In this document: one piece after another, positions 9,188-18,839 of the stretch | Numbering within the stretch: position 1 is the stretch's first letter | How the letters are laid out: each line of letters starts with the position of its first letter | Source of the DNA: Minisyncoccota bacterium | GTDB taxonomy: Bacteria; Patescibacteriota; Minisyncoccia; Phycocordibacterales; UBA918 | Length of the DNA stretch: 64,000 nt | NCBI GenBank assembly: GCA_041389045.1 | Contig: JAWKSQ010000001.1 | Coordinates: 203,063 to 267,062 of the forward strand | Reading direction: 5' to 3' | Program-made: the position numbers and the translations under genes | Notes under the pieces: model-generated | What the model saw: the letters and a program-made list of their open reading frames with translations, nothing else | The model's database searches: none | Told to the model about the DNA's origin: nothing

Positions 9188-12100
9188 ATGAAAAAAATAC
9201 ATGGACGGGAGAATGATTCAGTGGAGGTAGTACCAGAGGTAACCAAATCTGACGTGTCATTGCGAGAAGAGGCGATACAAAAGTTTTGGGACGAGAACGA
9301 TATTTTTAATAAAAGTTTGCATGCTCCAGCGGGAGCAGAGCCTAAGGGCGATTTTGTATTTTATGATGGGCCACCGTTTGCGACGGGTACGCCACACTAC
9401 GGCCATATTTTAGCCGGAACAATTAAAGATGCCATTCCACGTTTTTGGACGATGAATGGTTTTCGGGTGCGTCGTAAATGGGGTTGGGATTGTCATGGTC
9501 TACCACTCGAGAACTTGATCGAGAAGAAACTTGGTCTGGCTAACAAGCGTGATATCGAAGAATACGGCGTCAAGAATTTTAACGAACAAGCTAGAGAGGC
9601 TGTACTTGAGTATCGTGACGACTGGAAAAAAGTAGTGCCTCGTATGGGACGCTGGGCAGACATGGAAGACGACTACAAGACCATGGATAGCACTTATACG
9701 GAAAGTGTGTGGTGGGTATTTAAGTCCCTATACGAAAAAGGCTTAGTGTATGAAGGTTTTAAGAGTATGCATCTTTGTCCACGTTGTGGGACAACCTTGT
9801 CTAACTTCGAAGTAAATCAGGGCTATAAGGATATTAAAGATATTGCGGTGACGGTAAAGCTCCCGCTTCTAGATGATGCAGGTAATAAGACTGATACTGC
9901 ACTTTTGGTTTGGACAACTACTCCTTGGACTTTGCCTGGTAATATGGCTGCGGCGGTGAATAAGGATTTTGATTACGTGAAAGTAAAGGTAAAAGCTGAA
10001 GCAGGTGAAGAAAATTTGCTTTTAGCTAAAGGACGGCTTGCGCAACTGGGTGATTTGGCGTACGAGGTAGTAGAAGAAATAAAAGGCTCTGAGTTGGTGG
10101 GTAGAAAGTACGAACCACCGTTCGATTATTTTAAACATGATGAAAGGGTATTAACAGACTGGGTATGGACTATTTTTCACGCTGACTACGTCGAACTTGG
10201 CGAAGAGGGAACTGGGGCGGTGCACTTGGCTCCAGCCTACGGTGAAGACGACATGGTATTAGCTAAAGCGGAAGGAGTACCAATCGTGCATCATGTTGAC
10301 TACGAGGGGCGTTTTATGGATTTTGTGACTGACTTCGCTGGGAAGCTAGTAAAGCCAAAAGATGATGACGATGCCGGGGTATCTCACCTGGACGCTGATA
10401 TTGAAATTGTGCGTGCTCTAAATGCCTCCGGTAAATTATTTAAAAAAGAGAATATCACTCACAGTTATCCGCACTGCTGGCGTGATGATACTCCACTTCT
10501 CAACTACGCGACTACATCATGGTTTGTGGAGGTGACCAAAATTAAAGATGAACTGGTAGAAGCTAACAATAAAGTGAAGTGGGTACCAGAGCATGTCGGA
10601 AGTAACCGCTTTGGGCGCTGGCTTGAGGGCGCGCGCGACTGGGCTATTTCTCGTCAGCGTTATTGGGGGGCTCCGCTTCCGATTTGGCGTAATCCTAAAA
10701 CTCAGGAATACAAAGTCTTTGGCTCTTTAGCTGAACTACAAGAATACGTGCCAAAGAGTGGAAACACTTATGTGCTGATGCGTCATGGTGAGACTGGATC
10801 AAATTTAGAACATAAAATTAGTTTAAAACCCGATGGTGTTGATCCTCTCACAAGTCGTGGTGTAGAGCAGGTCACTGAAGCGGTAAAAAACCTAGATCAA
10901 AAAATTGATCTAATAATCCACACTGGATTTGAGAGAACCAGAGAAACGGCAGAAATAGTAGCTAAAATTTTGAATCTGACACCTGAAGCAGTTATCTGTG
11001 AACCAAGGTTAGGGGAGATTAAAATGCCCGAAGACATGCAAGGAAAGATTTGGTCTGAATATGACGCCTTATTTCCAGAGTGGACAGATAGATATACCAA
11101 AAAAATTGAAGGCTATGAAAACCGCCTCGATGTTCGCCGTCGCTCAGGTGAGTGGTTGTTTGAAACAGATGCAAAGTATAAAAACAAAACAATCTTAGTG
11201 GTTGGTCACGGATGTAGTATATTAGAACTTGAAAGTATATTTGCTGCAACTGACGAGAAAACTGCTGAAGAGGTGTACGAGTCTAGACAATATTATAAGA
11301 ATGCCCAAACTGAAGAATATAAGCTAAATAAGTTCCCCCATAACGATGATTATTTACTTGATTATCATCGACCATACATAGACGACTTTGAGTTAGTAGA
11401 TACCGACGGAGTTAAGTTAGTTCGGGTACCAGAAGTCTTTGACTGCTGGTTTGAAAGTGGGTCGATGCCGTATGGACAACAACATTATCCGTTCGAGAAT
11501 AAAGCCAACTTCGAGAAAGAGTATTTTCCAGCGCAGTTTATTGCGGAGGGTCTTGATCAGACTCGCGGTTGGTTCTATTCACTGATCGTGCTTGGTACAG
11601 CGCTTTTTGGTAAGTCGCCGTATGAGAACGTTATTGTAAATGGACTTGTGCTGGCGGAAGACGGCAAAAAGATGAGTAAGTCACTGCGTAATTATCCTGA
11701 CCCGATGGAACTAGCTGACCGGGTGGGGGTAGACGCGATGCGTTACTACTTACTTTCCGCACCGATTATGCGTGGTGAAGATTTGGCTTTCTCCGAGAAG
11801 GAAGTCCTTGAGCTTCAACGAAAGAATATCGGACGTTTGCACAATGTGCTTGCGATGTATGAAATGTTCGCCGATGGTACCGAGGTGGTGGCAGATTCAA
11901 AAAATATTCTCGACCGTTGGATTGTTTCTCGCCTTAATCAGTTGGTTAAAGAATCGACCGAAGGTTACCAGAATTACGAACTAGATAAAGCAACTAGACC
12001 AATAGCGGACTTCATTGATGATGTGTCGGTGTGGTATTTGCGTCGTAGCCGGGAGAGACTGAAGGGAGATGACGCCGAGGATAAGAAATTGGCTCTGGGC

Positions 12101-12742
12101 ACTCTTAGATACATACTTCGGGAGCTGGCTAAAGTGATGGCACCGGCTATGCCTTTCTATGCTGAGTATTTGTGGCGGGTGGTGCGAAATGAAAACGAAG
12201 TTGAGAGTGTGCACTTAACGGCCTGGCCAGAGGGAGGGGAGATTGTGAGTGAACTAATTGTCAGTATGACTAGTGTGCGTTCGTTTGCGAACATGGGACT
12301 TAAACTGCGTACGCAAAAGAATATTGGTCTCAAGCAACCACTTAAACAATTCATCATTGGAGACTCATTTGTAGCACCAAAAAATTGGGAGGAGTGTGCC
12401 GGTATTTTGGCTGATGAATTAAATGTAAAAGAGGTGGTTTTGCGACCAGAACTGGAAGGGGTTAGCTTTGACTTTGATATCACGCCTGAACTTAAGCTGG
12501 AAGGCGAGGCGCGGGAGTTTATTCGAGCGGTGCAGGAGAGGCGCAAAGCCGAAGGCTTTGCGCCTCAAGACGAGATCGAATTGATCATAGACACTGACGA
12601 AGCTGGGCGACATTTAGTGGAAACTCATCAAGCTACAATAACTAAGATCGTCGGGGCCAGTCAGGTGGTTTTTGCGGAAACTGTTGGTGAGTCTATCATG
12701 GCTGGAGAAAAGACTTTCACTGTAGCGCTAAAGAAACTCTAA
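9188..12742 (+). CDS. ileS: isoleucine--tRNA ligase carrying an inserted histidine-phosphatase-family domain
   Basis: PHYGHIL (HIGH), TTTPWTLPGN (editing domain), WAISRQRYWGAPLPIW, FDCWFESGSMPY and KMSKSL are all present. The likely start is the ATG at 9188, because the ORF-track start at 9086 adds a non-homologous leader. See the nested domain feature. Confidence 0.92.
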   Translation: MKKIHGRENDSVEVVPEVTKSDVSLREEAIQKFWDENDIFNKSLHAPAGAEPKGDFVFYDGPPFATGTPHYGHILAGTIKDAIPRFWTMNGFRVRRKWGWDCHGLPLENLIEKKLGLANKRDIEEYGVKNFNEQAREAVLEYRDDWKKVVPRMGRWADMEDDYKTMDSTYTESVWWVFKSLYEKGLVYEGFKSMHLCPRCGTTLSNFEVNQGYKDIKDIAVTVKLPLLDDAGNKTDTALLVWTTTPWTLPGNMAAAVNKDFDYVKVKVKAEAGEENLLLAKGRLAQLGDLAYEVVEEIKGSELVGRKYEPPFDYFKHDERVLTDWVWTIFHADYVELGEEGTGAVHLAPAYGEDDMVLAKAEGVPIVHHVDYEGRFMDFVTDFAGKLVKPKDDDDAGVSHLDADIEIVRALNASGKLFKKENITHSYPHCWRDDTPLLNYATTSWFVEVTKIKDELVEANNKVKWVPEHVGSNRFGRWLEGARDWAISRQRYWGAPLPIWRNPKTQEYKVFGSLAELQEYVPKSGNTYVLMRHGETGSNLEHKISLKPDGVDPLTSRGVEQVTEAVKNLDQKIDLIIHTGFERTRETAEIVAKILNLTPEAVICEPRLGEIKMPEDMQGKIWSEYDALFPEWTDRYTKKIEGYENRLDVRRRSGEWLFETDAKYKNKTILVVGHGCSILELESIFAATDEKTAEEVYESRQYYKNAQTEEYKLNKFPHNDDYLLDYHRPYIDDFELVDTDGVKLVRVPEVFDCWFESGSMPYGQQHYPFENKANFEKEYFPAQFIAEGLDQTRGWFYSLIVLGTALFGKSPYENVIVNGLVLAEDGKKMSKSLRNYPDPMELADRVGVDAMRYYLLSAPIMRGEDLAFSEKEVLELQRKNIGRLHNVLAMYEMFADGTEVVADSKNILDRWIVSRLNQLVKESTEGYQNYELDKATRPIADFIDDVSVWYLRRSRERLKGDDAEDKKLALGTLRYILRELAKVMAPAMPFYAEYLWRVVRNENEVESVHLTAWPEGGEIVSELIVSMTSVRSFANMGLKLRTQKNIGLKQPLKQFIIGDSFVAPKNWEECAGILADELNVKEVVLRPELEGVSFDFDITPELKLEGEAREFIRAVQERRKAEGFAPQDEIELIIDTDEAGRHLVETHQATITKIVGASQVVFAETVGESIMAGEKTFTVALKKL
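10760..11355 (+). other. nested histidine phosphatase (phosphoglycerate-mutase superfamily, branch 1) domain within ileS
   Basis: LMRHGETGSN .. LTSRGVEQ .. GFERTRETA .. RLGEIKMPEDMQGK .. VVGHGCSI lies between two IleRS core blocks, in frame, with no stops. Confidence 0.75.
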
Positions 12743-13275
12743 TGTCCTACGTGACGTACATTACCGAAGCTTTGGTTTGTGGTACGTTCAATCGAAATAC
12801 TGCTGACCGCACTTATTTACTTTTTACCAGAGAAGCTGGAATGCTTTACGCTGATGCTCGCAGTGTTAGAGAGGAAAGGAGTCGACAACGCTACGCCCTG
12901 CAAGATTTTGCCCGTATCCGGGTATCGCTCGTTAAAGGTAAAAAAGGTTGGAAGATTGGTAGTGTGGAAGCGGGGCCAAATTATTTTTCTTTAGCTAGTA
13001 CCAGAGAAGCTCGGGCTAGCGTAGTGTCTCTCTATCGTGCTTTGAGACGTTTCATTCAGGGTGAGGAAGTGTCGCCGGAGTTGTTTGATTTTTGTCTCGA
13101 GGCACTGACAGAAGCGATTAAACCGATTAAGCATCGTGACTTTTTTGATTTGTGTGTTCAACTTAAGTTGATGACTAGTCTTGGCTATGTGGCAGATGGT
13201 CTGGTTCCAACTGAGCTAAATCAAACCCCTATCAGTGAAGTAGTAAACAAAGAAAGTCAGCCTTTGCGGAAATAG
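12742..13275 (+). CDS. recO: probable DNA repair protein RecO (short form)
   Basis: The start overlaps the ileS stop (TAATG). The N-terminal OB-like pattern ..TEALVCGT..DRTYLLFTREAGMLYADARSVR.. and the C-terminal ..LMTSLGY resemble RecO. Similarity was judged by eye. Confidence 0.55.
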   Translation: MSYVTYITEALVCGTFNRNTADRTYLLFTREAGMLYADARSVREERSRQRYALQDFARIRVSLVKGKKGWKIGSVEAGPNYFSLASTREARASVVSLYRALRRFIQGEEVSPELFDFCLEALTEAIKPIKHRDFFDLCVQLKLMTSLGYVADGLVPTELNQTPISEVVNKESQPLRK

Positions 13276-13355
13276 ATAACCGCCCTCATCAGTCAAGCCA
13301 CCTTGAATAGTCAGCTCTAACCAGACTATGTTTGGTGTTATACTAACTATATTGT

Positions 13356-15356
13356 ATGTCTGGCATTAGAGATCAAGAGAATATTGATGAACTGAGACGA
13401 CGCCTTTATGAGCGGGGAGGAGAAGTTGAAAGTGCCAAAAGACACACCCTTACCCCACATGAAGTTGATGTCTCTCGTGGTTGGGACAGTATCACCCCAC
13501 CTAAAGTTCAGGTTGATGAAAAAGTAGAGACAGCTCTAGCTGAAATCGCTAATACCCCAACTGAAGTTGCACCGCAATTAAACCTGCCGGAAGAAGCGGA
13601 GGTGTCTCAAGATACTTTTGTGCCACCAGTTAAAGTGAAGCGCCGTTATCGAATGTTTATTCTGGCCGCCAGTATTTTATTCTTTATTATTACCGCTACT
13701 GCCTCCAGCATTTATTTGTTCTTTGGCTCTAACCAGATTTCAGCCAAAAATATCAGTCTGTCACTTAGTGTGCCTTTTTCGGTAGCCGCCGGGGAAGTAG
13801 TGTCTGTGCAAGTCAGTATTGCCAATCAGAACTCAGTTCAAGTTGATTCCGCTACATTAATCCTCAATTATCCTTCCGGTACTAGGTCGGCTGATGAGGG
13901 TGGGCGAGAGATGTATGAAGAAAGAATACCTATAGAAGCCATTGCTCCCGGGCAAGCTCTCAACATACCGGTGCGAGCGGTTTTCTTTGGTGAAGAAAAT
14001 GAAACCAAAGAAATCAAAGCTTCCATCGAATATCGAGTAACTGGTTCTAACGGTACTTTCTTTAAGGAAGCTGAGCCACAACAACTCCAGATTAGCTCTT
14101 CGCCAGTAGTGATTAGAATGACAGGAGTAGAAAAGATTTCTTCGGGGCAAGAAATGCTACTTAAACTTGAACTAAAATCAAACTCTCCGACCGCCCAAAA
14201 AAATATTCTAGTCAGTGCCACTTATCCCAATAGTTTCGCTTTCTCTAAATCAGACCCCGAACCAACTTATGGTCGAAATGGCTGGCTTATTTCTGAACTT
14301 GACTCAGGTGAAGTTTATACGATTGAACTAACTGGTATTGTCACCGGACAGGCTAACGAAAGTTCAGAAATCCAGCTCAAGGCCGGTAACCCACAATCCA
14401 GCAATCCAGCCAACCTGGCTTCTGTTTTGTCGCAAACTACGTACGGCTATACTATCGAAAAGGCCTTTACCGACGTAACGGTGGAAGTAAATGGTGATAG
14501 GGATGGTCAAGCAGTCATTGCTCCTGGTGAGGAAGCGTCGGTAGTGGTATCAGTTAAGAATACCTTAGAGGAAACAGTCTATGATATGCGAGTGGATATT
14601 GAGCCGAGAGGCAACCTAATTCGTGATGACTTACTTGTTATCGATAAAGGTTTTTATGATTCTGCCACTAAGAGAATCCGCTTCGAGGTATCTGGCTTGC
14701 CAGAATTAGCTGAAGTCTTACCAGGAGAAACGCGAAAATTTACTTTCAAAGTAAAACCTGATGAAAATCAAACCACGGCATCTTTCAATGTTTCCACCAA
14801 CATCTACGCCCGCAGAGTGAATGAAGTGAGGGCAGCGGAAACACTGATTGCGACAGCAGAAACTGAGGTCAAGTATTCTTCTAACATTTTCCTGGGCAGG
14901 CAGTTGGGTTACAGTGACGGTCCGTTTACTGATACTGGCCCGGTGCCACCCGTAGCTGACACCGAGACTACCTACACCGTGACGCTCGTGGCCGGCGCTG
15001 GAGTAAATGATCTCTCTGGAGTAATAGTGACGACTAGTCTGCCTCAGTATGTGGAATGGTTGGATGAGGTTGCGGGTGATGGGACCATAGAAGTAGACAG
15101 TGTGTCCAAGAAACTGACTTGGAATGTGGGCGAAGTTTCGTCACTAAAGAGTAAAACGGTAAAGTTCCAAGTCCAGATGAAACCTAGTGTGACACAGGTA
15201 GGGCAAACCGCTATTATCCTCGGTCAACAAGAGATGCGCGCCACGGACAAGTTCACGAGTGTGCCACTGCGGATTCAGCAAAGTACCCTTAATAATGAAT
15301 TATCAACCGAACTTGGTTTTGCCCGTGGAAATGGTAATATCCAGTCACGTCAGTAG
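13356..15356 (+). CDS. large membrane-anchored protein with repeated beta-rich extracytoplasmic modules
   Basis: 666 aa with a charged N-terminus, a single TM segment (FILAASILFFIITATASSIYLFF), then long S/T/V/E-rich repeats. Confidence 0.65.
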   Translation: MSGIRDQENIDELRRRLYERGGEVESAKRHTLTPHEVDVSRGWDSITPPKVQVDEKVETALAEIANTPTEVAPQLNLPEEAEVSQDTFVPPVKVKRRYRMFILAASILFFIITATASSIYLFFGSNQISAKNISLSLSVPFSVAAGEVVSVQVSIANQNSVQVDSATLILNYPSGTRSADEGGREMYEERIPIEAIAPGQALNIPVRAVFFGEENETKEIKASIEYRVTGSNGTFFKEAEPQQLQISSSPVVIRMTGVEKISSGQEMLLKLELKSNSPTAQKNILVSATYPNSFAFSKSDPEPTYGRNGWLISELDSGEVYTIELTGIVTGQANESSEIQLKAGNPQSSNPANLASVLSQTTYGYTIEKAFTDVTVEVNGDRDGQAVIAPGEEASVVVSVKNTLEETVYDMRVDIEPRGNLIRDDLLVIDKGFYDSATKRIRFEVSGLPELAEVLPGETRKFTFKVKPDENQTTASFNVSTNIYARRVNEVRAAETLIATAETEVKYSSNIFLGRQLGYSDGPFTDTGPVPPVADTETTYTVTLVAGAGVNDLSGVIVTTSLPQYVEWLDEVAGDGTIEVDSVSKKLTWNVGEVSSLKSKTVKFQVQMKPSVTQVGQTAIILGQQEMRATDKFTSVPLRIQQSTLNNELSTELGFARGNGNIQSRQ

Positions 15357-15378
15357 TGGCGAATAATCTCTGAATTCT

Positions 15379-16764
15379 ATGAATAACGATAAAATGGAAA
15401 AAATTGTCTCCCTGGCCAAGCGTCGCGGCTTTGTCTTTCAAGGTAGTGAAATCTATGGGGGTTTTGCTGGTACCTACGATTATGGTCCTTATGGTGTAGA
15501 GCTAGCTAATAATATTAACGCGACTTGGTGGAAAGCGATGGTTCAGGCAGAGCGGAATATCGTTGGTCTTGATTCGGCTATTGTCACTCACCCTAAAGTT
15601 TGGGAAGCGTCTGGCCATGTCAGTGGTTTCTCTGATCCATTAGTGGAGTGTAAAGAATGTAAAACTCGTTCTCGGGCCGACCATTTACTGGAAGAAGTCG
15701 GGGCGTTTGCTGATGAGAAAATGTCGCTCGAGGAAATCAACCAGGTCTTTGACGAAAACCGCGCTAAAATTGCTTGCCCAAAATGTGGGCAGAAAAAGTT
15801 TGGTGAGGTCACCCAGTTTAATCTACTTGCCCAGACCAATCTTGGTAATTTTTCTGAAGACTGGAGTAAGGAGCCTTCTTATTTAAGAGGTGAAACTTGT
15901 CAGGGTATTTATATAAACTTTAAAAACGTCCTTGATTCTTCAAGAGTTAAGGTGCCGTTTGGTATCGCTCAGATTGGTAAGGCTTTCCGTAATGAAATCG
16001 CTCCGCGACAATACATCTTTCGTTTACGAGAACTAACTCAGATGGAAATGCAGATGTTCGTGGCCCCAGAAAAAGAAATGGAAGTCTATGAAAGCTGGAA
16101 GGAGAAGCGGATGCAGTACTATCTTGATCTCGGGTTTAAGCCTGAAAATCTTAAGTGGCATGAACACGAAAACCTAGTCTTCTACGCCAAAGCAGCTTTT
16201 GATATTGAATATAATTTCCCGTTTGGTTTCAAAGAACTCGAAGGGGTACATGCCAGAGGTAATTACGATCTGACTCAGCATCAAAAGTTTTCTGGTGTCA
16301 GTATGGAATATCTCGACCCTTACACTAACGAGAAGTATCTGCCACACGTGGTAGAAACTTCAGTTGGTCTAGACCGCACCTTCTTGGCGGTATTAAGTGA
16401 ATTTTATGATGAAGATGAACTAGGTGGTGAGAAGCGGGTGGTGCTCAGGTTGCCAAAGAAGTTGGCGCCAATCAAGGTAGCGGTCTTTCCACTTCTAAAG
16501 AATAAGCCTGAATTAGTAGAGAAGGCTGAGGAAGTTTTTGCTCTGCTCTCTGGTGAGATGCGGGCGGAGTTTGATGATAATGGCAATGTTGGTAAGCGCT
16601 ACCGTCGCCAAGACGAGATCGGTACCCCAGCTTGTGTCACTATTGACTTCGAGACTCTGGGTGAAGAAAAACCAGAACTGAAAGATACTGTGACCGTCCG
16701 TAATCGAGATACTGGAGAGCAGGAAAGAGTAGCGATTGCTGATTTGGTGGGGTATTTGAAGTAG
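15379..16764 (+). CDS. glyQS: glycine--tRNA ligase (dimeric class II type)
   Basis: ..LAKRRGFVFQGSEIYGG..GTYDYGPYGVEL.. and ..FRNEIAPR.. with an anticodon-binding C-terminus. Confidence 0.93.
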   Translation: MNNDKMEKIVSLAKRRGFVFQGSEIYGGFAGTYDYGPYGVELANNINATWWKAMVQAERNIVGLDSAIVTHPKVWEASGHVSGFSDPLVECKECKTRSRADHLLEEVGAFADEKMSLEEINQVFDENRAKIACPKCGQKKFGEVTQFNLLAQTNLGNFSEDWSKEPSYLRGETCQGIYINFKNVLDSSRVKVPFGIAQIGKAFRNEIAPRQYIFRLRELTQMEMQMFVAPEKEMEVYESWKEKRMQYYLDLGFKPENLKWHEHENLVFYAKAAFDIEYNFPFGFKELEGVHARGNYDLTQHQKFSGVSMEYLDPYTNEKYLPHVVETSVGLDRTFLAVLSEFYDEDELGGEKRVVLRLPKKLAPIKVAVFPLLKNKPELVEKAEEVFALLSGEMRAEFDDNGNVGKRYRRQDEIGTPACVTIDFETLGEEKPELKDTVTVRNRDTGEQERVAIADLVGYLK

Positions 16765-16780
16765 ACTGCATAGGTAAAGA

Positions 16781-16810
16781 CGGACGCACCGTAGGTGCGT
16801 CCGGCTTTAT
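16781..16810 (+). terminator. rho-independent terminator after glyQS
   Basis: cggacgcacc / ggtgcgtccg stem, then gctttatt. Confidence 0.7.
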
Positions 16811-16838
16811 TATGCCGTTATGATACAGTTATTTTTAC

Positions 16839-18290
16839 ATGAAAGCTAAATATATTACTACCACTCTACCTTACGTAAATTCCGACCCTCACATTGGTTT
16901 TGCTTATGAGCTCGTTCAGGCTGACGCAATAACGCGTTACTGGCGCTTGCTGGGGCAGGAGGTATTTTTTAATACTGGGACCGATGAACACGGTCAGAAA
17001 ATTGCCGATAAAGCCGACGAGAAAGGTGAGTCGAGGCAAGCTTACGTGGACTACTATGCAAATGAGTTCAAGAAATTAGCTGACGCTAAAACCGGTCTGA
17101 ATCTTTCCTACGCTGAAGGAGGTAATTTTATCCGTACAACCGACGAAGCTCATAAAATGGCGGCCCAAGAAATGTGGCGCCGGTGTGCCACCAAGGGCGA
17201 TATATATAAAAAGAAGTACAAGGGACTTTACTGTGTTGGTTGTGAGCTTTTTTATAAAGAAGACGAACTAGACGAGAATAAGTGTTGTCTTATACACGGT
17301 AAGCCGACTACTGAAGTCGAAGAAGAAAATTACTTTTTTAAACTTTCAAATTACCAAACTTATTTAGAGGAATATTTGTCTAAGGAAGGGGTGATAGTAC
17401 CAGAGTGGCGACGCCAAGAAGCCATTAACTTCGTGAAAGGAGGTTTGCAGGATTTTAGTATTTCACGTGAGAAGGCTAGGTTAAATTGGGGTGTGCCAGT
17501 GCCAGGGGATGATGATCAAGTGATGTACGTGTGGTTCGACGCCCTGACAAACTACATCTCTACTTTAGGCTGGCCAGAGGAAGACGGAGATTTCAAAAAG
17601 TTTTGGACAGGTGGCGAGGTGGTACAACTAGGTGGGAAAGACCAAGTGCGCTTTCAATCAGTCATGTGGCAAGCCATGCTTAGGTCAGCGGGAGTAAAAG
17701 CGACCGATAAAGTGGTCTATCACGGTTTTATCAATAGTGGCGGACAGAAGATGAGTAAGTCTTTAGGGAACGTCATCTCTCCTTACGAAATGATTGCGCG
17801 TTATGGCGCTGACGCTACGCGCTATTTACTGCTACGGCACGTGCATCCTTTTGATGACTCTGATGTCACTCTGGAAAAGCTCGATGAGTGGTATACGGCT
17901 GGACTGGTAAATGGCCTTGGAAATCTTGTATCTCGTATTACAAACATGGCAGAAAAATATGTACCTGAATCTAAACGGTTGCAATTTTCAGAAGAAGAAA
18001 TTTTTCCAGAGTTTAATAATAGTATTAATGCTTTTCGGTTCGATAGTGCCATTGATTTTATTTGGCATGAAATAGGGATTTTAGATCAGGAAATCCAGGA
18101 TAGGGAACCTTTTAAATTAGTAAAAGTGGATGAGCAAAAAGCCATCGAGGTTGTTAATGAATTAATGAAAGATTTATATTGGATAAATAGTTATTTATTC
18201 TGCCTCATGCCGGATACTGCAGATATAATTAAAAAAGCAATCATAAATTACAAAAAACCCGAAAACCTCTTTCCACGCTTAGAAAAATAA
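16839..18290 (+). CDS. metG: methionine--tRNA ligase (short form)
   Basis: ..TTLPYVNSDPHIGF.., ..GTDEHGQKI.. and ..KMSKSLGN.. are present. Confidence 0.93.
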   Translation: MKAKYITTTLPYVNSDPHIGFAYELVQADAITRYWRLLGQEVFFNTGTDEHGQKIADKADEKGESRQAYVDYYANEFKKLADAKTGLNLSYAEGGNFIRTTDEAHKMAAQEMWRRCATKGDIYKKKYKGLYCVGCELFYKEDELDENKCCLIHGKPTTEVEEENYFFKLSNYQTYLEEYLSKEGVIVPEWRRQEAINFVKGGLQDFSISREKARLNWGVPVPGDDDQVMYVWFDALTNYISTLGWPEEDGDFKKFWTGGEVVQLGGKDQVRFQSVMWQAMLRSAGVKATDKVVYHGFINSGGQKMSKSLGNVISPYEMIARYGADATRYLLLRHVHPFDDSDVTLEKLDEWYTAGLVNGLGNLVSRITNMAEKYVPESKRLQFSEEEIFPEFNNSINAFRFDSAIDFIWHEIGILDQEIQDREPFKLVKVDEQKAIEVVNELMKDLYWINSYLFCLMPDTADIIKKAIINYKKPENLFPRLEK

Positions 18291-18334
18291 TAAATTTAAA
18301 AAGCGACAACTTAAAATCACCACAATCATTAACT

Positions 18335-18784
18335 CTAAACACGAAGCAAAACTTCCAATCGATTGGAAGTTTTAGGGAGGTTTTTATAGCGGTCTAGTCC
18401 GTTATAATGAGGAAGAATTCCGTTTAAGTGTAGAATGGAGTCAATGGTGTCTAGAATTGAACGGTAGTTTTTTGTGTTTTTGGCCAGTAGCTTAATTATC
18501 CCGTCATAGTTTTTTGCCTCAATACTCTTTTGGACTTTATCAGCTGTGCTAGGGCTAATTTTTAAGATAAGAGAAGCCTTGTAAGGGGAGATTCCTTCAA
18601 GGATAAGAATAAGACAAGCTAAACGTTTAGCTATCATCACGCGTTCTTCATAACCAAGTAGTTCAGATAGAAAATTATCTGCATCAGAAGCAGAAGATTT
18701 ACCTAACATTACACTCAATTGTGTAAAAAGTTCTTCTAATTGAGACTTAGTTAACTGATTGCGATTGAGATGAACCATAACCAT
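18335..18784 (-). CDS. TrpR-like / YerC-YecD-family helix-turn-helix protein
   Basis: 149 aa. ..EERVMIAKRLACLILILEGISPYKASLILKISPSTADKV.. resembles the Trp-repressor-like fold family (assignment by eye). Confidence 0.55.
   Translation of the reverse strand: MVMVHLNRNQLTKSQLEELFTQLSVMLGKSSASDADNFLSELLGYEERVMIAKRLACLILILEGISPYKASLILKISPSTADKVQKSIEAKNYDGIIKLLAKNTKNYRSILDTIDSILHLNGILPHYNGLDRYKNLPKTSNRLEVLLRV
18348..18373. repeat. 26-nt perfect palindrome inside the 3' end of the TrpR-like gene
   Basis: aaaaCTTCCAATCGATTGGAAGtttt. It shares 23 identical nt with 18793-18815. Confidence 0.9.
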
Positions 18785-18792
18785 AGTCTACT

Positions 18793-18815
18793 AAAACTTC
18801 CAATCGATTGGAAGT
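18793..18815. promoter_or_regulatory. second copy of the palindrome, in the 55-nt divergent intergenic region (candidate operator)
   Basis: aaaaCTTCCAATCGATTGGAAGt lies 9 nt upstream of the TrpR-like start and 25 nt upstream of the tatD ATG. Confidence 0.6.
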
Positions 18816-18839
18816 CTGGATTATGGTATAGTGGGGCTG

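Noticed and set aside
18831-18839. GTG at 18831 as the tatD start codon.
   Set aside because: The ATG at 18840 gives the conserved N-terminus (MEKNSYYIDTHAHL). The GTG extension would begin only 16 nt after the palindromic candidate operator.
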